Of a stretch of 32,127 bases of DNA, positions 18,208 through 26,089 are shown piece after piece. Origin of the DNA: a bacterium (GTDB taxonomy: Bacteria > Patescibacteriota > Minisyncoccia > Phycocordibacterales > Phycocordibacteraceae); contig JAJYHF010000032.1 of the NCBI GenBank assembly GCA_021784875.1, forward strand, positions 1 to 32,127. Direction: 5' to 3'. The notes under the pieces were generated by a model that made no database searches, was not told the origin of the DNA, and saw only the letters and a list, made by a program, of their open reading frames with translations. Made by a program: the position numbers and the translations under genes. How positions within the stretch are numbered: position 1 is the stretch's first letter; the number at the start of each line of letters is the position of its first letter.

Positions 18208-18813
18208 TCACGTCACGAGCGGGACGAAGATATAGCCCTCGTGGCAGGTCAGTGAGAAGACATCGCCCGCGCGGGAGACGACACAGATGGCGGAGCCGAC
18301 GGGAATCACCATGCGGCCACCGTCTTTGAGCTGCCGCTTGAGCACTTCGGGAATCTCGCGAGCTGCTGCTGATACGAGAATACGGTCGAAGACTTCCCCC
18401 GGCATACCAAGTTCCTCCCCTGCCCGCTCGATGCGCGCGTTTCTTGGCGCGAGCTTCGCGAGGTTCTCTTGGCCGAAGGCGACGAGCTCGGGAACGATTT
18501 CGATGCCGATGATGCTTCCTTCCTCGCCAACCAGCCGAGCGAGAAGCGCGGTCGTATAGCCCGAACCACTGCCGATATCGAGCACGCGGTCGCCCTCTCG
18601 TACCTCGAGCCATTCCAGGCACCGCGCCACGACGGTCGGCTGCGAGATCGTCTGCCCCGCCCTCGTAGGGAGCGCCGTGTCCTCATAGGCGAGCTCGCGC
18701 TCTTCTTCCGGCACGAAGAGCGCCCGGTCGACCGCGCGGAACGCTTCTTCCACCTCCTTCGTCCGTATCGCGCCGACCCCCTTCAAATACTCAACGAGCG
18801 CATCATTGCTCAT
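18208..18813 (-). CDS. pcm: Protein-L-isoaspartate O-methyltransferase
   Basis: AYEDTALP...GQTISQP, VLDIGSGSGY, FDRILVSAA and FVPL. Confidence 0.93.
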   Translation of the reverse strand: MSNDALVEYLKGVGAIRTKEVEEAFRAVDRALFVPEEERELAYEDTALPTRAGQTISQPTVVARCLEWLEVREGDRVLDIGSGSGYTTALLARLVGEEGSIIGIEIVPELVAFGQENLAKLAPRNARIERAGEELGMPGEVFDRILVSAAAREIPEVLKRQLKDGGRMVIPVGSAICVVSRAGDVFSLTCHEGYIFVPLVT

Positions 18814-18858
18814 GCCCGCAGTAAACAGCGCAGGCTTGATTACTTCGATGAAGCCCAG

Positions 18859-19650
18859 TCATTTCTTGTGCGCATGATGGATGGCCTGGAGCGCTTTGCC
18901 GGCCGCTTCGCGATAGGTACAGAAGTCGCAGGGTCCGCCGCCGAAGGCGGTCCCGATCGCCGGGATCTCGTCGCTCACGAGCATCGCCTTCAAGTCGTAG
19001 AGTGCCGGTTCGACCCAAGCATCGGAACCTGCGTACGGGATCAGCTTCACGTCGAACTCGAGCTTCGCGTCGAAAGCCTCCGCATCCGAGTCGCCGTTCA
19101 CGTAGACGAAGTAGCCCGTCGGCGAGACGGCGAAGCCATTCCGGCGGAAGAGCCATTGGTAGATCTCCATCTGGCGCTTGTAGGCATCGTAGAGGTCATC
19201 CTCGGTCGAGGGGCCGACCTTCTTGCTCGTCGCCTTGTAGTCGACGATGATGAGCTCGCCTGCGGACGTCACCCAGGCATCATCGATACCGCCGCGCAGG
19301 ATGAGGTTCGTCGGCTCGTGAAGATAGGCGATGCCGCGCCGCAACGCATCGCGCCACTCGTCCATCCGCTCGTCAGCGAACGGTACGGCGTCGATGCCAT
19401 AGTGTGCCATGAACGGATGCGCCGTCCCCGCAGCACGGTGCGCGTCGAACTCGCGCTTCAGGAGCTCGTCGACCGCGTTGTTAAGGGTAAAGGAGGGGCC
19501 AGAGGGACGCTTCACGCCGAGCCGAAGATCGAGATACGCGCAACGCGGGCACTCGACGAAGAGGTCGAGCTTCGATCGGCTCAGCTTGAAAGGCTCCGGT
19601 GAGGCAGGATCGAACGTCCTGGAACGATGACTGGGCGCCGCCATGGTCAA
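18859..19650 (-). CDS. PD-(D/E)XK nuclease family protein (RecB/AddB/Cas4-like fold)
   Basis: LSRSK...CPRC, GGIDD, IIVDYKAT, QMEIY and C-terminal CDFC. The start is TTG 19650 or ATG 19644. Confidence 0.88.
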   Translation of the reverse strand: MTMAAPSHRSRTFDPASPEPFKLSRSKLDLFVECPRCAYLDLRLGVKRPSGPSFTLNNAVDELLKREFDAHRAAGTAHPFMAHYGIDAVPFADERMDEWRDALRRGIAYLHEPTNLILRGGIDDAWVTSAGELIIVDYKATSKKVGPSTEDDLYDAYKRQMEIYQWLFRRNGFAVSPTGYFVYVNGDSDAEAFDAKLEFDVKLIPYAGSDAWVEPALYDLKAMLVSDEIPAIGTAFGGGPCDFCTYREAAGKALQAIHHAHKK

Positions 19651-20144
19651 TCCGTCGTTACGAAGCGTGCGATGACGGGTTCGCCGGTCGTGAAGTCGAT
19701 ATAGACGCTGTTCTTGGTCGGATCGAAACCGCCGTCACCGTTGTCATCGCGGTAGAGCTCTATCGCATAAGCGCGACCAGGTTCGGTCCCGCGCAGGAGC
19801 GGAATGGTAACCTGGCTCCGGGGCCCGCCGACACGCAGCGCGCCGAGGACGTTCCCGAGAGCGGTCCCGTCCGTCTCGCGCACGGCGACCCAGACGCCCG
19901 GCGGCGGCACCGTCACCGACTCGACGACGACCGAATCGCCGGAGGGCTGGTCGGCGACCGAGACCGCACCACTCTCCGACTCAGAGGGCGGCGTGCTCGA
20001 AGCGTCGCTCGATGACGGAACAGCAGAAAAGACCGGCGATAGCGCGATGCGGGACACGCCGGAACCGGAAAACCACGCGGCCGCGAGCAGAGCGCCGAGT
20101 ATGACGCCGATGATGAAAGAACTCATTGAGAAGCGCTCGGTCAT
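19647..20144 (-). CDS. Membrane-anchored/exported hypothetical protein with a beta-sandwich domain
   Basis: N-terminal TM, Ser/Pro linker, then VSVADQPSGDSVVVESV...WVAVRE...LGA...LYRDDNGDGGFD. Confidence 0.8.
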   Translation of the reverse strand: MTERFSMSSFIIGVILGALLAAAWFSGSGVSRIALSPVFSAVPSSSDASSTPPSESESGAVSVADQPSGDSVVVESVTVPPPGVWVAVRETDGTALGNVLGALRVGGPRSQVTIPLLRGTEPGRAYAIELYRDDNGDGGFDPTKNSVYIDFTTGEPVIARFVTTD

Positions 20145-21040
20145 ACCGGTTCAGGGAGCGCGAGTAGGCCTTCTGCCTCGGCGAAGATCTCTCCCACCCG
20201 CTCGGGCGAGAGGTGGAGCGGTTCGAGCACGCGACGATCCTGGACGACCTCATCTACGGTGACGACGCCCGCATCGATAGAGAGACGCTTCTCGGCACGC
20301 GAAAGACCGGTGAGCGCGGTAATCGGGTACACCTTCGCGCGCGCCATGCGCATGAAGAGACTGTTATCCGCCGGATAGCTCCACCCCAGGAGCTCGACGC
20401 CCGCGCAGGAGGCGTAGGCGATCGCTTCGGACGTGAATTTGGTGTTTGTCACGAGAATGCCGCGATCGATCGGGCACGAACTCTTCGAAGGATTGCAGGA
20501 GAAGATATCGTCAAAACGGCTCTTGACGTACAGCGCGACTTTCAGGTCGGTCTTGTAGCCGGGGTCGTTGTGGTATTTCAGCTCGGCAGCGAGATAAGCG
20601 TTCTGCCCTGGGTGCGACGCATAAAAATCGACCTCATGCACAACGCACTTCCCCTGCATCAGCTTGCGCGTCTCGACCTGCCACCCTTCCTTCCGGTAAA
20701 GGCGCGAGACGAAATCCTCGAAGGGGTGCCCGGAAGGGCCGAGCTCGAGAAGCGCGCGGCGGAGCGCATAGCGCGCAGCGACCGGCCGACCCTCATGCTG
20801 GCGCAGGAGCGTGAAGGCACGGCGATAGATCTCTTTCGAGAGCGCGCCGTGCGTGATCGTGCGGGTGACAGCATCCGCGATGTGCGCCGCCGTGTGCTCT
20901 CCTGCTCCCGCCCGTCGCAACGACGTGACGAGGCGTGCAGAATCGAAGGCTTCGCGGGAACCATCCGCCTTAATGATGATTGGCGGCGCTGTGGTGGCCA
21001 GCCCGTCTGTTCCGCCTACGATAGGAGAGAACGTCGTCAT
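20141..21040 (-). CDS. ATP-cone domain fused to an Mrr-like/PD-(D/E)XK endonuclease domain
   Basis: IIKADGSREAFDSARLVTSLRRAG is ATP-cone-like. FEDFV...HEVD...AELKYH...ILVTNTKFTSEAIAYA is Mrr-like. Confidence 0.85.
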   Translation of the reverse strand: MTTFSPIVGGTDGLATTAPPIIIKADGSREAFDSARLVTSLRRAGAGEHTAAHIADAVTRTITHGALSKEIYRRAFTLLRQHEGRPVAARYALRRALLELGPSGHPFEDFVSRLYRKEGWQVETRKLMQGKCVVHEVDFYASHPGQNAYLAAELKYHNDPGYKTDLKVALYVKSRFDDIFSCNPSKSSCPIDRGILVTNTKFTSEAIAYASCAGVELLGWSYPADNSLFMRMARAKVYPITALTGLSRAEKRLSIDAGVVTVDEVVQDRRVLEPLHLSPERVGEIFAEAEGLLALPEPV

Positions 21041-21480
21041 GGCGTTATCGTCTGCGCCGAGCTCGTCGAGGTGGTTGCCGCGACGCCGTTTACCGTCACC
21101 TCGATTGGCACGTCTGCTGGCGCAGCGAGCGCCGCCGAGAAGGTCACGGGCGTCGGCTCCTGCAGACAGATGCCGGAATCCGGAGGCATATCGATCGCCA
21201 CGGCGATGACGGGCGAGCTCGACGCACCGGTAAGGCTCGCTTCGGCGGTCGCGCTCATGCAAGCGTCCGGAGCCTCGAGCGAGCCACTGATCGTGTGCGT
21301 CCCTTTCTTAAAAGAATCCCGCAGAGTGACGACGGGCGTGCTCGTCGCGACAGGAGGAGACGACGACGGAGGAAGCACGCCATCACGCGCACTGGGCGCT
21401 GAAAGGATGAAGCCGATGACGAGGAAAAAGATGATAATCGCGGCGGCAGTCCAGAGACGCATGGTGCGCGTGGGATTCAT
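21037..21480 (-). CDS. Membrane-anchored/exported hypothetical protein with a Cys pair
   Basis: N-terminal TM, Pro/Ser linker, and PDAC...ICLQ. Confidence 0.8.
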   Translation of the reverse strand: MNPTRTMRLWTAAAIIIFFLVIGFILSAPSARDGVLPPSSSPPVATSTPVVTLRDSFKKGTHTISGSLEAPDACMSATAEASLTGASSSPVIAVAIDMPPDSGICLQEPTPVTFSAALAAPADVPIEVTVNGVAATTSTSSAQTITP

Positions 21481-22487
21481 GCGGTTATGATACCACCCCC
21501 CTGCAATCCGCCGCCATCATCATAGAAGACGAGCGACTGACCGGGCGCAGGCATCTCAGGAAGCGTAGCGTCGCTCACGAACCGGGCGCCGTCGACGCGC
21601 CCCCGCACGCGCGCGCCTCGATAACGGTACTGCGCCTCGACCGCACGTGTAGGATCGCCGAGCCAGTTCGCGCTCGCGAAGGCGATTTCCGGGCGTGCGC
21701 GTGCGGGGGCGCGAGCCCGCTCCTTCCCCACTGTGAGCGTGTTCGCCTTGAGATCCTTGGCGAGGACATACCATGGCCCTGGGGTCGCACCGGCGAGCGC
21801 GACGCGCTCGCCGATCGTGTGGAGAAGCACGCCATCGTGCACCCCCACCTCGCGACCCTCTTCGTCGAGCGCCCGCCCCGGTGCCTCGCCGAACTCGCTC
21901 TTCAAGAACTCTTCGACCGAGACGTCGCCGAGGAAGCAGATCCCCTGACTGTCGTGCTTCTCCGCGACCGGCAGCTTGAACCGCTTCGCGAGCTTACGCA
22001 CTTTCTCCTTCTCCATTCCTCCTACCGGGAAGATTGTCGCATCGAGCGCCTCCTTCGGCACCGCCCAGAGGAAATAGCTCTGGTCCTTCGCTCCGCTGCG
22101 GTAGTGTCCGGTCGCGAGCGCATCCGCACCCTGCTCCATCGCATAACGGTAGAACGCGCCGAACTTCACCTCTCGGTTGCACATCACGTCAGGGTTCGGC
22201 GTCCGCCCAGCGGCGTATTCGGCGAGAAGATAATCGATGACGCCCTTCTTGTATTCAACGCTCGCGTCGAAGGTGCGGAACGGAATCTTGAGTCGCGCCG
22301 CAACCCGCATCGCATCGCGTCGATCCGCCGCCCAGGTGCAGGGCATCCCGGGCGGGTACCAGCCCTTGATGAATACGCCCGTCACTCGCGCCCCTGCCCG
22401 CTTAAGGAGTGCGGCCGACACGGCGGAATCCACCCCGCCTGAGAGCCCGACGAAGATGTTTTTCCCTTTTGCGTCCTTAACTTCCAT
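21477..22487 (-). CDS. mnmA: tRNA 2-thiouridylase MnmA
   Basis: SGGVDS, RTPNPDVMCN, ATGHY, KDQSYFL, DSQGICF and PGQSLVFY. Confidence 0.96.
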   Translation of the reverse strand: MEVKDAKGKNIFVGLSGGVDSAVSAALLKRAGARVTGVFIKGWYPPGMPCTWAADRRDAMRVAARLKIPFRTFDASVEYKKGVIDYLLAEYAAGRTPNPDVMCNREVKFGAFYRYAMEQGADALATGHYRSGAKDQSYFLWAVPKEALDATIFPVGGMEKEKVRKLAKRFKLPVAEKHDSQGICFLGDVSVEEFLKSEFGEAPGRALDEEGREVGVHDGVLLHTIGERVALAGATPGPWYVLAKDLKANTLTVGKERARAPARARPEIAFASANWLGDPTRAVEAQYRYRGARVRGRVDGARFVSDATLPEMPAPGQSLVFYDDGGGLQGGGIITA

Positions 22488-22547
22488 GCTTTTAGGATAT
22501 CAAAATACCGAGCATCACGCCGTACATGCCCGGCTTGCGTGGATCCC

Positions 22548-23450
22548 TCACTTGCTCGTCGCCAGCCCGTACCGCCTTATGTTGGCTTGGTGGCTAGCAA
22601 AAGTGGTCGCGTAGTGCATAAGGCCGTCGCGGCCGGTGAGATAATAAAGATAATTACTTGAGGTTGGATGGATAGCCGCTTCAAGCGCGTCGAGACCAGG
22701 GTTCGCGATGGGAGCGGGCGGGAGGCCCGTGTGCTGATACGTGTCAGGTGCGGCATCGACCTGGAGCGGCATGCCGAGCGCGAGGCGATGCCAGAGGATA
22801 CCGGAGATGAGGCGGCGGTCGGCGGGAGTCTTCGCCTCTTTCTCGATGATTGACGCCATCGTGACGATATCGGAGAGCGAGTGTCCCGATGCGTCGATGC
22901 CGTCCGAGAGCGACGCAGTCTTATCGTCGAAATTCTCCCGCATCGCCTCGACGATCGAGGCAGCGGTCGCGGAAGGCGGAAAGAAGTAGGTATCCGGGAA
23001 GAGGTACCCTTGGTACGGCTCTGCGGCGGCGACAAAGTCGCTCTCTGTGACGCTCGGGAATGCTGCGGCGACCTGTCCGGCCATCGCCCGCACGGTCGCC
23101 CCCTCGATGAAGGTGACGCGCGTAAGCGGCAGACCGTACGCGCCGGTCGTTATCCGATACGCGACCGCGAAGAGGTTCTCCGGCGCGTCGAAGCGATAGA
23201 CACCAGCCCGAATCCAGCCGCTCGCGCCCGCAAGGCGCAAGAGAAAGCGAAGGAGCGCGGGATGCGCTATGACCCGCTCCTCACCGAGCTGCTCTGCGAC
23301 TGCGGGCGCGGAAGCGCCTTGCGCGATGGCGACGATGCTCTCGCCGGCCGGGAAATCGCGCGGCGGCGCGACGAGCGAGTAACCGCCGATGAGCACGGCC
23401 GCCACCAGGCACGCGGCGATCCAAGGAAAAAGCTCTTTCAGGCGCAGCAT
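22548..23450 (-). CDS. mltG: Endolytic transglycosylase MltG (YceG family)
   Basis: N-terminal TM, VTFIEG, GYLFPDTY, ASIIEKE and GLPPAPIANPG. Confidence 0.92.
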   Translation of the reverse strand: MLRLKELFPWIAACLVAAVLIGGYSLVAPPRDFPAGESIVAIAQGASAPAVAEQLGEERVIAHPALLRFLLRLAGASGWIRAGVYRFDAPENLFAVAYRITTGAYGLPLTRVTFIEGATVRAMAGQVAAAFPSVTESDFVAAAEPYQGYLFPDTYFFPPSATAASIVEAMRENFDDKTASLSDGIDASGHSLSDIVTMASIIEKEAKTPADRRLISGILWHRLALGMPLQVDAAPDTYQHTGLPPAPIANPGLDALEAAIHPTSSNYLYYLTGRDGLMHYATTFASHQANIRRYGLATSK

Positions 23451-23454
23451 GCGA

Positions 23455-24798
23455 CTAGACGGGCAGGTTGCTCGGCGCCTCAGCGGTGGCAGAGCCGATG
23501 CGGCTGAGACTCGGCGTCTCGATCGCCATCGACGGGACATGGAAGATCGTCGCGAGCTCCTCAGTGCTCATCACCATCGCGTCCTTCGCCTGATCGACCG
23601 GCTCATGGAAGAACTGGCGGCGACGGAAGGCCTCGACGAGGTCGTTGCGCACGATGTTCTTGCGCTTGTCGACGCCGGTCTCCCAAGGGTAATCGTCGAA
23701 CTGCGTCATTCCGCCCGTCGGCCCGATCCCGTTCCATCCTTCGGCGGAGAAGTGGCGGAAGATGCCGGTCAGGGCGGTAATCACGCTCGCGTTGAAAGAA
23801 CCGGGCCGTGCGAGATAGATGCCGCGTGCGCCGACGTCGAACGCCTGTTTCGAGACATTGCGTTCGATGGCGGCAATCTTCTCCATCTGACCCTTGGTCG
23901 GGTTCGGGAAGCCGGGCACCTCCTTACCCGTCGCGGGATCCTTGTATGGTTCGCGTGTCTGCTCACGAATCTTCTTAATCAGCTCATCGGCCTTGTCTTT
24001 CCAGGTATAAGCCTTCCCTTTTTCATTCTTCTTAGCGTATTTCTCGCCTTTATGCGTACGGATGATGAACTGGAGCCAGAGGTACTCACCCTTCCCGAGG
24101 GAACCCATCGTCTCGACGAGGTTCGCGAGCGGGTCGACCTGCTCGTACTCCTTCTGCACCTTGTCGAGGCCGTACTCGACGTAGGTCTTGATCGGTACCG
24201 GATCGTCCTCAGCGTGTTTGAAATCGCAGCCCCAAATGACGAAGTCCTCCGGCTTCGCACTGATCAGGCGCGTATAGTCCGGTGCCTCGACAACCTGCAC
24301 GCCCGGATACTGCGCATAGAGCTGCGCCTCGACAAGGCGACGAAATCCTTCTCGCGTCCAGATGAAGAAATGAACCTGCCCTTCCAAGGAAGCGATCTCC
24401 AAGGACCACCAAGGGCGTACCTTGCCTTGGACAAATTTCGCGTACCAGGTGCCCTCGCCCGGACCGTGATGGATGCCCGAGAAGAAAGCCTCCATCGCGA
24501 GCGGCGTCTTGGCGAGGCTGCGCGGCGGCCTGATCTCAAGAAGAACGTATTTCTGTTTCGCGATGAATTCAGAGCGCTTCAGGATAACCCAGAGCTCCCA
24601 GGCGCCACCGATAAGGAGAAACGGCAGCCAGACAGGTGCGAGAAAGAGCGCAAGATCGGTCGCCGAGGAGACGCCGCGCGGCATGAAGAGGAACGCGACC
24701 GCGAGCGCCGCGAGACCGAGGATGAGGAGCGGCCACGGATCGATACGGACACCGAAGTTTCCCTTCAGCTTCTTCGTGATATCCCCCGGAAAGGCCAT
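23455..24798 (-). CDS. Conserved hypothetical membrane protein of a type common in CPR genomes
   Basis: Two N-terminal TMs, then LLEIRPP, SLEIAS, YAQYP...EAPDY, PIKTY and STEELATIFHVP. It resembles the N-terminal partner domains of DUF87/VirD4-like ATPases (recalled, not searched). Confidence 0.8.
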   Translation of the reverse strand: MAFPGDITKKLKGNFGVRIDPWPLLILGLAALAVAFLFMPRGVSSATDLALFLAPVWLPFLLIGGAWELWVILKRSEFIAKQKYVLLEIRPPRSLAKTPLAMEAFFSGIHHGPGEGTWYAKFVQGKVRPWWSLEIASLEGQVHFFIWTREGFRRLVEAQLYAQYPGVQVVEAPDYTRLISAKPEDFVIWGCDFKHAEDDPVPIKTYVEYGLDKVQKEYEQVDPLANLVETMGSLGKGEYLWLQFIIRTHKGEKYAKKNEKGKAYTWKDKADELIKKIREQTREPYKDPATGKEVPGFPNPTKGQMEKIAAIERNVSKQAFDVGARGIYLARPGSFNASVITALTGIFRHFSAEGWNGIGPTGGMTQFDDYPWETGVDKRKNIVRNDLVEAFRRRQFFHEPVDQAKDAMVMSTEELATIFHVPSMAIETPSLSRIGSATAEAPSNLPV

Positions 24799-24835
24799 GC
24801 GACCAAGTATAGCAGGTCAGCGAGGGCGAAAGCGT

Positions 24836-26089
24836 TTATTTCTTCAGACTTCTAGAACGTGCTTTCCGATGCTGCGACAAAGAGAACCGGTGCGACTCGC
24901 TGTTCGCGAGGACGATGTCGGCCTCGGAAGCACGAGCGGCACGCGCGCCGGTAATCTCGCGCGGGCGGTGTCGTTCATCCTTCACCACCGCCACGACCGG
25001 GATCGCGAGACTCGCCTCGGCGAGCACCGCCTCGGTCGCCTTCTTCTGCGCCTTTCCGCCGTCGACGACGATAACGTTCGGCAACGGCCACTCGGGATGA
25101 CCGAGCCGGCGCACGAGCACCTCGCGCAGCGAGGCGATGTCGTCATTCTTCTGAACCCCTTTGATGCGGAAGGTGCGGTACGCCTTCTTCTCCGGGACGC
25201 CATCGACGACAGCGACCATCACGCCGATCGCGTCTCTCCCTGCGAGGTGAGCAGTGTCGTAAGCTTCGATCCGCGCGCCGGCGAAGCCGGCGCGTTCCTC
25301 CTCGCGTTCCTTCTTAATAAGCGAGACGTCCTGGACATGGTCGAGCGCGAAAAGCTCGCGTCGTAGCTCTGCGGCTTCCTCGAACCGCTCCTCCGCTGCC
25401 GCCTGCTTCATGTCGCGTTCGAGCGCCTTTCGCAGTTCCGTGACACGCCCGCTGAGAAGGAGCGCGACCCGCCGGATGGTCTGCCGATATGCTTTCTGAT
25501 CGAGCGCCCCCTTCTTCGCCAAGGCTTCGAAGGGCAGGTGCGGATACTGTCCGATCTGGCGGTTGAACTCGATTCTCGCGTGCAGGTGTCCACTCTTCGT
25601 TGTGACGGGCTTCGGCGTGTCGTAGAACGGGAAGATCTTCCGGATGAGCCGCAAGGCCTCCTTCAGCTGCGTGCCGTTCGGGAACGGGCCGAACGTGTGC
25701 GAGAGGGGCACGTCCGACTTTCCTAGATCTTTTCCGCGCACTATGAGCACGCGCGGCCACTCCTCTCTCGTGATGACGACGTAGAGGAATGTCTTGTCGT
25801 CCTTCCCTTCCACATTCGCCTTCGGCTGATACTTCTTGATGAGTGCCGCCTCCCGTACGAGCGCCTCTAGGACCGTCGACGCGGTCTCGTGGCTCACGCG
25901 ATCCGCGCGCGTCACCATGTCCACGATGCGCGGCCCTCTGGTCGCTATGAGATCATCATCAAAATAGCTTCGCACCCTGTCGCGCAAGCTCGTCGCCTTC
26001 CCGACGTAGAGCACCTGTCTCCCCTTCTTAAACAGATACACCCCTGGCAGATCCGGCAGGTCGAACTTATTTAGATCGCTTCTTTGCAT
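24836..26089 (-). CDS. uvrC: Excinuclease ABC subunit C, short form
   Basis: GIY-YIG (PGVYLF...YVGKATSLRDRVRSYF), UVR (ERFEEAAELR) and RNase H-like (IEAYDTAH, VVDGG) domains. No C-terminal HhH. Confidence 0.92.
   Translation of the reverse strand: MQRSDLNKFDLPDLPGVYLFKKGRQVLYVGKATSLRDRVRSYFDDDLIATRGPRIVDMVTRADRVSHETASTVLEALVREAALIKKYQPKANVEGKDDKTFLYVVITREEWPRVLIVRGKDLGKSDVPLSHTFGPFPNGTQLKEALRLIRKIFPFYDTPKPVTTKSGHLHARIEFNRQIGQYPHLPFEALAKKGALDQKAYRQTIRRVALLLSGRVTELRKALERDMKQAAAEERFEEAAELRRELFALDHVQDVSLIKKEREEERAGFAGARIEAYDTAHLAGRDAIGVMVAVVDGVPEKKAYRTFRIKGVQKNDDIASLREVLVRRLGHPEWPLPNVIVVDGGKAQKKATEAVLAEASLAIPVVAVVKDERHRPREITGARAARASEADIVLANSESHRFSLSQHRKARSRSLKK
25507..25535. repeat. Short palindromic element in uvrC encoding PFEALAKKG
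   Basis: CCCTTC-TTC-GCCAAGGC-TTC-GAAGGG nested hairpin. Confidence 0.5.

Noticed and set aside
18859-19650. Cas4 or CRISPR interpretation of the PD-(D/E)XK nuclease
   Set aside because: No repeat-spacer array or other cas gene is in the window, and the Cys pattern differs from the full Cas4 arrangement.
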